Source of the DNA: an uncultured Bacilli bacterium
GTDB lineage: Bacteria; Bacillota_I; Bacilli_A; RF39; UBA660
Direction: 5' to 3'
DNA length: 64,000 nucleotides
NCBI GenBank assembly: GCA_934155645.1
Contig: CAKPHC010000001.1
Span: forward strand, 31,015-95,014
This document shows positions 19,266 to 26,981 of the stretch, one piece after another. The notes below the pieces were generated by a model, which saw only the letters and a list, made by a program, of their open reading frames with translations, was not told the DNA's origin and ran no database searches. How positions within the stretch are numbered: the stretch's first letter is position 1; each line of letters starts with the position of its first letter. A program made the translations under genes and the position numbers.

Positions 19266-20384
19266 TTATTTAACAATATATGGGTCATCAAACGTTCCAG
19301 TACCAGATACATAAGAAACATTTGGGTCTAAATAAGCTACTAATCTCAATCCTCTTGTTGTCTTAGGATATGCAACTTCCATTTTATCCCTTACATAATA
19401 AACATCTTCACTATTGTCAGAAACACCAGTAATTGTCCACCATTCATCGTAGAAATCTGAAAGAATATAATTGTAATTATAACAAGAATCATCTAATGCT
19501 TTCACACAATTACCATCCAAGCTAGCATTCATATAATCATAAGTTGGTAATAATGTAAAATATTGATTTTCAAGTATTTTTGAACACTCTGCACTTCCAT
19601 CTCTAGAAGTATCATCAAGAGCACGTTTACCAATACAAGCATTATGGGTGGTAATTAATCTTTTTATTTTTAAGAAAGTATCTTTAGTATCAGTAATTTG
19701 AGATTGTATAAAATCATTTACCCTGCTAACTTCATAATCATTAATACCATAATAATGACCAGTTTCAGTATTATAACGATCATCCCACAAAGTTCTTGCT
19801 AATTCAGGTGAACCAAGAACTTGAATTCTTCCATCTTCAAATACCTTAACTACCTGCCAAATATAATCTCCAACCTTAATGTTATTATTCAATTTTTCAC
19901 CTTTAAATACAAATACCTTAGTAGTTGTATCAGGATTCATTGGGTCAACTTGTTCTTCTTCATACAAACCATTACCAGAAGTAACAATTGTACTAGTAAG
20001 TTTTTTAAATAAAGCCCCAGTAGTATAATTGTTTCCACAATCAACAGATCCTTTATATGAATAACCATTAGGAATTTTTGTAACGTGTAACTTACCAGAA
20101 CATGTAACACCTTTCTTAGTATACTTAGATAAATCTCTCATATATCCGTTAGATACTAAAACACTTACATCAATAGTATCAGTTCCAGTTTCTGGAAGCT
20201 TACTTGGATTATCAGTATAATAAGCTTCTCCTGCTGTAGCAATTTTATCTTCCAAATCACTGTAACTTAAATTTTTACTCTTTCCACCGACTAATAGCAA
20301 CGTAATAATTATAACCAACAAAATCACTATCATTACTGATGATAACATAATAATCATTTTTTTATTCAATTTCATTTTCTTCAC
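19266..20384 (-). CDS. Membrane-anchored surface protein with a DUF6273-like C-terminal region
   Basis: 372 aa with an N-terminal transmembrane segment. The C-terminus (WWTITGVSDNSEDVYYVRD...TRGLRLVAYL) resembles the C-termini of 37723..39372 and 59299..60399. Confidence 0.45.
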   Translation of the reverse strand: MKKMKLNKKMIIMLSSVMIVILLVIIITLLLVGGKSKNLSYSDLEDKIATAGEAYYTDNPSKLPETGTDTIDVSVLVSNGYMRDLSKYTKKGVTCSGKLHVTKIPNGYSYKGSVDCGNNYTTGALFKKLTSTIVTSGNGLYEEEQVDPMNPDTTTKVFVFKGEKLNNNIKVGDYIWQVVKVFEDGRIQVLGSPELARTLWDDRYNTETGHYYGINDYEVSRVNDFIQSQITDTKDTFLKIKRLITTHNACIGKRALDDTSRDGSAECSKILENQYFTLLPTYDYMNASLDGNCVKALDDSCYNYNYILSDFYDEWWTITGVSDNSEDVYYVRDKMEVAYPKTTRGLRLVAYLDPNVSYVSGTGTFDDPYIVK

Positions 20385-20468
20385 CTTTGCTTTTCTAAGA
20401 AGATTATATCAAATATAAATAAAAAAAACAAACATATATTTAAAATATGCTTGCAAATTCTTTTTTAA

Positions 20469-20810
20469 TTACGCATTACCTATAGTAGACGCCTTACCAG
20501 ACCAGCAGCTCCAGAAATTAGCTTTAATTACTCCATCACTACTTTTACCAGAATCTCCTACCATGTTAATTAATAAATTAACTAATAATGGTACGAAGAA
20601 TACTGCGATAGCAGCAATTGCTCTTTTAACTAATTTAGATGTAGCTCCTTTAATTTCCTTATCATCACTTGCTAATACAGCTTTACCTAAATCAATAGAA
20701 CCCATAATAATTAATAAAACTGGAATGGCCCATTGAATAATAGTTAAAACAGATTTAAGAAATGTGATAAGTGGATTTAACTCATCACAAACAGTAGCTA
20801 AAAATAACAT
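20469..20810 (-). CDS. VirB2/TrbC-like T4SS pilin-like protein (paralog 2)
   Basis: 113 aa. Contains PVLLIIMGSIDLGKAVLASDDKEIKGATSKLVKRAIAAIAVFFVPLLVNLLIN, the same motif as paralog 1. Perfect RBS AAGGAGGAA. Confidence 0.5.
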   Translation of the reverse strand: MLFLATVCDELNPLITFLKSVLTIIQWAIPVLLIIMGSIDLGKAVLASDDKEIKGATSKLVKRAIAAIAVFFVPLLVNLLINMVGDSGKSSDGVIKANFWSCWSGKASTIGNA

Positions 20811-20836
20811 ATCATTTCCTCCTTTTTCTTAATTAA

Positions 20837-20865
20837 ATCATACTTTATTCTACAAATATTGTCAA
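20837..20865 (-). promoter_or_regulatory. Sigma-A type promoter for VirB2-like paralog 2
   Basis: On the minus strand: TTGACA, a 17-nt spacer, then TATGAT. Confidence 0.45.
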
Positions 20866-20896
20866 CAATATTAGTATTTATTAACACATATTTACA

Positions 20897-21874
20897 TTAT
20901 TTTCTAACTAATCCTAGCTTAACTAAAAAGTCCGTAAGCATAGGTTTACTAGAACGATCATCAAGTGGTTTTATTACACTAAATACTTTAATACCAGTCT
21001 CATATTCAAAAGTATCTAAGTTACCTCCTGCTACTAAAGTTTTATTAAGTACTACTTTCTGACCTTTCAATTTATTAAGTGCATTACCATCTAATTTTAA
21101 TAATTTATTCAATTTCAAAATAGATGGTTCAACTAAATATATAACATCATCACATACATTAGGATCACAATCATTCAAATCAATTACTACTACATTATAA
21201 TTACGGGCTTTTAAAAGCTCACGCATCAAATCTTGTTTACTAACTGATATTAAAGAATTATCGTTAAAATACATAAACTCACGCTTATTTACTTCTAGTG
21301 CTAATACACTAACACCATGTATAGTTTCTAGTTCTCTTTTCATTAAATAAGTTAATGTTGTAGCACCAGCATTTTGAGTAACATTTTTAATACCTATTAT
21401 TCTACTAACTGGAACAGCTTGCATAGGTCCACTAGCAACAACTTGAGTTGGTGCTTGAACATTACCAACCACAACCGGTCCAGTTGCAACGGGTTCTAAT
21501 TGATGAAGATGTGCAACATCCTTATATGTATTAGGATGATCAATTAAATAAACAATTTCCTCATACGTTTTACCAAAATTATAAAATCCCATAGAAATTA
21601 ATTTTGAAATAAAACTAGGATTATTAACAGAATTGTCATTAGGTAAAAGTAAAATAATCTTATCTACAGGTAAAGCAATAGATAGTTTTTGATAATTAAC
21701 TATATCGTGATAATTTTTTATTGCCGTTACATCTAAAATCATTCTTCCAAAGAAAAAATTAGAGAACTGACTAATAATTTCATCTATATCATACTCACCA
21801 CGTAAAGTTTTAATAATCTCTATATCTAAACCCGATAAAAGTGCTTCTTGCTGATTTGTTATTAAAACATTCAT
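20897..21874 (-). CDS. CpaE/TadZ-like protein (receiver-like N-domain plus degenerate ParA/MinD ATPase fold)
   Basis: 325 aa with a GIKNVTQNAGATTLTYLM deviant P-loop, in a Tad-locus context. Confidence 0.5.
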   Translation of the reverse strand: MNVLITNQQEALLSGLDIEIIKTLRGEYDIDEIISQFSNFFFGRMILDVTAIKNYHDIVNYQKLSIALPVDKIILLLPNDNSVNNPSFISKLISMGFYNFGKTYEEIVYLIDHPNTYKDVAHLHQLEPVATGPVVVGNVQAPTQVVASGPMQAVPVSRIIGIKNVTQNAGATTLTYLMKRELETIHGVSVLALEVNKREFMYFNDNSLISVSKQDLMRELLKARNYNVVVIDLNDCDPNVCDDVIYLVEPSILKLNKLLKLDGNALNKLKGQKVVLNKTLVAGGNLDTFEYETGIKVFSVIKPLDDRSSKPMLTDFLVKLGLVRK

Positions 21875-21885
21875 TTAATCACCCT

Positions 21886-22278
21886 CTAATAATCTTTCTG
21901 TGTACATGTAAAATCATCATCTAATTTATCAGTAAATACTGTATCAACCAATCTAGTTTCACCACTGATAGGTATTGATAGTTTAGTTCTTACTAACGGA
22001 ACTTGAAAATCAATATAAACTTTTACTGAATATATTGCACCCTTCTCTGTCATAGTTGCTGATATTACATAATCACCATTATATCCTAATCTTTTAACCA
22101 TTGTACTTATATCAGTACATGATCCATATCCTTCATTTTGTTCAATCGCATTAATAATCGCATTTTTATATCGGAATACTCTTCCGTAATTGATGACTAT
22201 AGCCATAAATCCTATGTAAACAGTTAAGAAAACTAACACTATTTGTAATAATAACGTTCCACCTACGGATTCTCTCAC
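21886..22278 (-). CDS. TadE-like pseudopilin or minor pilin
   Basis: 130 aa. The N-terminus MRESVGG|TLLLQIVLVFL is prepilin-like. GTG start with a GAGGTGA RBS. Confidence 0.35.
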   Translation of the reverse strand: MRESVGGTLLLQIVLVFLTVYIGFMAIVINYGRVFRYKNAIINAIEQNEGYGSCTDISTMVKRLGYNGDYVISATMTEKGAIYSVKVYIDFQVPLVRTKLSIPISGETRLVDTVFTDKLDDDFTCTQKDY

Positions 22279-22312
22279 TATTAATCACCTCTTTCATTAC
22301 ATAACTTAATAA

Positions 22313-22477
22313 TTAACCATTATATGTACCGTTAATTTCAGTATTGTCATTATTGTTCCATCTATTTTGAATAGAATTTAATATATTAGGTACAAACAAA
22401 GTAACGAATGCTAGAATAGCTGCTACCGCCATAATAGTTACTAATGTCATGTTTAATTCTCCAGTCGCTTCTTTCAT
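22313..22477 (-). CDS. Flp/Fap-type pilin (54 aa), absent from the ORF track
   Basis: Translates to MKEATGELNMTLVTIMAVAAILAFVTLFVPNILNSIQNRWNNNDNTEINGTYNG. It has a short charged leader, one hydrophobic helix and a polar tail, with an AAAGGAG RBS. It lies between the TadC and TadE-like genes. Confidence 0.5.
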   Translation of the reverse strand: MKEATGELNMTLVTIMAVAAILAFVTLFVPNILNSIQNRWNNNDNTEINGTYNG

Positions 22478-22546
22478 TCTAAGAACAACTCCTTTCTATT
22501 ATCTACATTAATAATTATAACCAATTCTAAACTTTATATCAATAGT

Positions 22547-23335
22547 TTATATTCCAAAAAGCATTATAGTTGACAACAATAATATAAGCATAGTGCCACC
22601 GCCAGTAACAACTAGCATAATCATTGTACGTCTTTCCATATTACTTAATCTATTTTTATATTTTACTTCTCTTGCTTTATTTTGTAAGTTAGAAACAGAC
22701 CTAGAAAACATCAATAATTGTTGATATTTATTCTCTTGTGCACCAAGACTTAATCGATATAGTAACCTCATCATACGCATAGAATCCCTTACTGGATACT
22801 TAATAGCAAAATCCATATAAGGTTGAATAGATGAATCACCAGCGTCAATCTTTGCTATCATTTCCTTCAATCCTGGTTTAAATATATCAGGAGCATCTTC
22901 AACTGATCTAGAAATTGCTACCGGAACCGTATAATTCTGGCAAAGAATTTCTAAGCTTTTTAAATAATATGGAAGCATTTGATCAATCTCATGCATATAT
23001 CTTTTATAATACTTTTTTAAAGACATGTATTGTGATTTAAATATTAAAAATGCCACTAGAATTACAGCAATAAAATTTATAAAACTAGCATTAGTAATAA
23101 ATAATATCATTGCAAACATTATTCCAAAGAAAGTATTTCTAAGACGAGTATTAAATAATTGATTAGGATCAACTTTATCACCATATTTGGCACTTACATA
23201 AAAGTCATAATCCTTTTCTTTTAAACCTTTTAAGTAAATATCATTTTCAGCTATGAAAGTTCTAGTATCAACTCTTTTGGTATAAACTAACATAATCATA
23301 ATTAGAATACCTATTATAAATATTTCTAAAAACAT
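22547..23335 (-). CDS. TadC-like (T2SS-F family) inner-membrane pilus assembly protein
   Basis: 262 aa polytopic membrane protein. It overlaps the TadB-like gene (TAATG) and is downstream of CpaF. Confidence 0.5.
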   Translation of the reverse strand: MFLEIFIIGILIMIMLVYTKRVDTRTFIAENDIYLKGLKEKDYDFYVSAKYGDKVDPNQLFNTRLRNTFFGIMFAMILFITNASFINFIAVILVAFLIFKSQYMSLKKYYKRYMHEIDQMLPYYLKSLEILCQNYTVPVAISRSVEDAPDIFKPGLKEMIAKIDAGDSSIQPYMDFAIKYPVRDSMRMMRLLYRLSLGAQENKYQQLLMFSRSVSNLQNKAREVKYKNRLSNMERRTMIMLVVTGGGTMLILLLSTIMLFGI

Positions 23336-24234
23336 TACTCAGCACCTACATTCTCGTTATAATATTTTTCTCCAGATAGAAGAAAATAACTGTTAAATAA
23401 AACTATTATATGTAAGCTTATTGTAACTATTGGGTCAGTTAATAACTGTTGATATACTTCAACCCCCAACAAGTACTGAACTAACATTACTAGTAAATAT
23501 AACATAATACCATACTGAACGAATTGTTTATGGAATCCTTGTCTATCTACTCTATCACGATATACACCTTCAACTAACATATCTATATCTTGTAACATAT
23601 TTTCAAGTACTTCTGTAGTATCACGTGAACCCTCTTTAGTAATTTGCAAAAATAACTGATGCATATTTCTAGTCATATAGAAATCATATTTACTATTCAT
23701 ATATTCTATTGATTTATCTACATCACCATTTTGATAAGCCATATCTATCATAACTTTTACATCAGATAAAACTGGGTCTTGTAATACACCAGATGAATAC
23801 ACACCTTCTAAAGCTTTAACAAAGCTTTGAGTAGTTTGAAACTCCATTATTGTATTAGTAACATATACTTGTATTTGTTCAAATATAAATTCACTATATA
23901 TTCTCTTACAACGTAAATATGTTAAGTATGGAACCATTGCAACAACTAATATCGTATATATAATAGATATTATAGGATTATAGAAATATAAATAAGAAAT
24001 TAAGAATGCTGCACCTGCAAAAGTTGCTATTTGAATCATATATTGCTTAGGTGTATATTCTTGACCTAATTCTTTTACTTTTTCACGAACCACTTTAAAA
24101 GAATAAGGTGCATACTTATTATAAATATTACCAGTCTGTGTAACAACAAATGTATATAGAGATTCACCCTTTTTATTACGATACAAAATAATAAATATAA
24201 ATATTACTAATGCAATTATTAACTCTATAGCCAT
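23335..24234 (-). CDS. TadB-like (T2SS-F family) inner-membrane pilus assembly protein
   Basis: 299 aa membrane protein, paired with the TadC-like gene. RBS AGAGGTGGT. Confidence 0.5.
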   Translation of the reverse strand: MAIELIIALVIFIFIILYRNKKGESLYTFVVTQTGNIYNKYAPYSFKVVREKVKELGQEYTPKQYMIQIATFAGAAFLISYLYFYNPIISIIYTILVVAMVPYLTYLRCKRIYSEFIFEQIQVYVTNTIMEFQTTQSFVKALEGVYSSGVLQDPVLSDVKVMIDMAYQNGDVDKSIEYMNSKYDFYMTRNMHQLFLQITKEGSRDTTEVLENMLQDIDMLVEGVYRDRVDRQGFHKQFVQYGIMLYLLVMLVQYLLGVEVYQQLLTDPIVTISLHIIVLFNSYFLLSGEKYYNENVGAE

Positions 24235-24255
24235 TTATTACCACCTCTTTCTCTT

Positions 24256-25533
24256 TTAAATTAATTCTTCAACAACCGAATTATTTGTAGGTACTTTATC
24301 ACCTAAATTAACAAATAAATCATCAACATTTACCCCTTGTCCTTCAAGATAATCTCTTAAATATTTAGAAGGTAATTTATATGTTTCACTACCACTTACA
24401 GTTTTACGATAAATAGTATTGTGACCAGCATTATTATTATCATCAACAAAGAACTCTGTTACTTCACAAATTTCTCTTCTAAATCGTTTTTCAACTGGAT
24501 CAAATCTACCTCTTACATTAACACCTAATTGAACATAACGATGAATTGTTTTTAAGAATTGATCAACATCAATATTAGATTCCAACAAACTATACATACG
24601 ATGCGGAATACTCTCTGCCTTATCAGAGTGAATTGTTGATAAGATATTATGTCCTGATGATATAGAGTTACGTACAGCAGTAACTGCTTCAGCGCTACGA
24701 ACCTCTGATAATAAAATCCATTTAGGATTTTGTCTCATACAAGTTACCAAAACATCAGAATATGATGCAATATTATTAGTTTTCATCGCAACTATATCAC
24801 GATGTGGAAAAATTCTATCTAAATGAAGTTCTAGTGTATCCTCTATTGTTATAATTTTTTCATTATCAGCTGTATGAGCAGCTAAATACTTAACCAACTC
24901 AGTTTTACCAGAACCAGTCTCACCACTTACAATAATATTACAATGACCTTTAACCGCTCTAATTAAAAACTCATGTATATTTAAAGTTACATATCTATCT
25001 GCTAATAACTTATCCTTTTCAAGTCTAATCTTAGCAGGTGTTTTACGAAATACTGCTGCTATACCATTTCTTGCTATAGAATCATGTACAAAATTCATAC
25101 GAAGTTCAGCAGATTCACTATCCAAAAATGGATGTGCCATATTAAAAGTTTTACCCATTACATTAGAACATTGGAAAGCTATTTTTTCTATTAACGAATC
25201 GTTTATTTCTGTTTCATCAGAACGATAAACTCCTTTATCTAAACTCTTTAACCAAACTTGTCCACCATTACTATAAGAAATATCGGTAATATTATCATCT
25301 TGTAAATACTTTTTTAAAGGTCCAAAATCTATATTAGAAAATAAATTATCATTTCTTAAATAATTATCATTTATTTCTCTTGGCTGATGAGCTTGTTGAA
25401 CAGTTGATACACTAGGTTGTCTTAATTCTTCTAAAGGAGTTGGCCCAACATCTTGTTTAGGAACCAAAGAGGGAGTAGAGACGTTATCCTGAGTTTTATA
25501 TGCTATACCTTGTAAATTCATTCCCTCATTCAT
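24256..25533 (-). CDS. CpaF/TadA pilus assembly ATPase (VirB11/GspE superfamily)
   Basis: Walker A NIIVSGETGSGKTELVKYLAAH and a typical T2SS-E fold. RBS AAGGAG. Confidence 0.8.
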   Translation of the reverse strand: MNEGMNLQGIAYKTQDNVSTPSLVPKQDVGPTPLEELRQPSVSTVQQAHQPREINDNYLRNDNLFSNIDFGPLKKYLQDDNITDISYSNGGQVWLKSLDKGVYRSDETEINDSLIEKIAFQCSNVMGKTFNMAHPFLDSESAELRMNFVHDSIARNGIAAVFRKTPAKIRLEKDKLLADRYVTLNIHEFLIRAVKGHCNIIVSGETGSGKTELVKYLAAHTADNEKIITIEDTLELHLDRIFPHRDIVAMKTNNIASYSDVLVTCMRQNPKWILLSEVRSAEAVTAVRNSISSGHNILSTIHSDKAESIPHRMYSLLESNIDVDQFLKTIHRYVQLGVNVRGRFDPVEKRFRREICEVTEFFVDDNNNAGHNTIYRKTVSGSETYKLPSKYLRDYLEGQGVNVDDLFVNLGDKVPTNNSVVEELI

Positions 25534-25534
25534 C

Positions 25535-26440
25535 TTACTCTACTCCTTCTTTTTTATTATTGTTTGTTGTATTACTATCTGTTTTATCATCAGTATTATC
25601 CTTAGTTGGATCATTATTTTCTATAATTTCATCCTCAGGAATATAAATACTCTTCTCTTCAATAAAATCTTTTAAATATTCATTACTTACTTTAGTAACA
25701 ACACCTTCAGTAGTATTTCCATCAAATCCAGTAGTATTAGGTACAGGAATAATATCAATTTTATACTGAGTACTTAAGTTACCAATAGATGCTGCTTTAC
25801 GTAATAACAAATGTATATCTTCTTTAACAGAGAAAATAATTGTAGCAGGTATTCTTGCTTCTTCACTGTTCTCAAAAACATTTAAACCATTAGATGTTTT
25901 AACCGCTCTTACTAAAACGTTAGATACCAACTTTCCTACCATAACTTTGGTATTACCATCAGCATCAGTAGTAATTGTTTGCATATAGATATCTATATAA
26001 TTACCAGGTAAGATAGAATTACTATAAGAAGTAGTTATATTAACTCCTAAATAGTACAATGTCTCATCAATAGGCATATCATAAAGTGCTGCATCAGGTA
26101 ATTCTTCTTTCTTTACTACAGTACCTTTATAGAACATACTTCCTTTAGGAATAACTGTATTAGCACTAGAATAGTAATTAATTAATTGGTTAACATTAGT
26201 AATTACATTTTCATCTATTGCTGCTCTTGCTATTTCTTTATACCCAATCATATCCTTAGTAATCTCAGTTCTAGGTTGTATCATTTTAATAGCATATGGA
26301 ACTTTAACAGGATTAACAGCATCTTTAACACGCCAGTTATACCCTACAAAAATAACAGCAATAATTAGTAATCCACAAAGTATTGTTACTGTATTTTTGT
26401 TTTTTAGAAACATTTTAAACTTTAAACCTAAATTATTCAT
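25535..26440 (-). CDS. CpaB/RcpC-like Flp pilus assembly protein
   Basis: An N-terminal transmembrane segment is followed by SAF-like and RcpC-like regions (ATIIFSVKEDIHLLLRKAAS). Confidence 0.55.
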   Translation of the reverse strand: MNNLGLKFKMFLKNKNTVTILCGLLIIAVIFVGYNWRVKDAVNPVKVPYAIKMIQPRTEITKDMIGYKEIARAAIDENVITNVNQLINYYSSANTVIPKGSMFYKGTVVKKEELPDAALYDMPIDETLYYLGVNITTSYSNSILPGNYIDIYMQTITTDADGNTKVMVGKLVSNVLVRAVKTSNGLNVFENSEEARIPATIIFSVKEDIHLLLRKAASIGNLSTQYKIDIIPVPNTTGFDGNTTEGVVTKVSNEYLKDFIEEKSIYIPEDEIIENNDPTKDNTDDKTDSNTTNNNKKEGVE

Positions 26441-26455
26441 TTCTCCATCTCCTTA

Positions 26456-26962
26456 TTATTCTTTAAATTTATCTTCTAATATAGCACTAAGAGTATTTAC
26501 TATCTCTGCTGAATCAGTTTCATAGTTGATAGAATCATTTTTCTTAAGTACTTTAGATAACCAATTATATTTTTCTCTTGCTGTAATAGTTACTGTTACT
26601 TTAGGCGGACATTCATCAATGTCATCAAAACTTATTTTATAATCACGATTGTTAGTAGCAGACTCTGCAAATCTTCTTACAAAACTTTCAACAAATTTTT
26701 CTTTAACTATTCTAACTGTACCAGGAATACCAGAAATGCAATGCATAGAGTCAGGGTCAGTTATTTCTGTTACTCCATCATAACCTACTCCCATACGATA
26801 CGCTTGATAATCTATAGCGTCAATCATTGAAGCTTCAGTTACTTCTTTTAAAATGTAATACATATCTTCATTACTTACTGTAATATTTCCAAATAAGTTA
26901 ATTAACACTATTCCTAAAAGTCCTAATACAAGGAATAAATATCCCCATACTGATGACTGCAT
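26456..26962 (-). CDS. Small membrane-anchored protein, possible Tad pseudopilin or assembly factor
   Basis: 168 aa with an N-terminal transmembrane segment. RBS AAGGGAG. Confidence 0.3.
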   Translation of the reverse strand: MQSSVWGYLFLVLGLLGIVLINLFGNITVSNEDMYYILKEVTEASMIDAIDYQAYRMGVGYDGVTEITDPDSMHCISGIPGTVRIVKEKFVESFVRRFAESATNNRDYKISFDDIDECPPKVTVTITAREKYNWLSKVLKKNDSINYETDSAEIVNTLSAILEDKFKE

Positions 26963-26981
26963 TATATCTACTCCCTTTCTA

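Noticed and set aside
19266-20384. An LPETG sortase motif in the DUF6273 membrane protein (KLPETGTD).
   Set aside because: The motif lies about 60 residues from the N-terminus, directly after the transmembrane anchor. It is not followed by the C-terminal hydrophobic segment and charged tail required for a sorting signal. It is probably coincidental.
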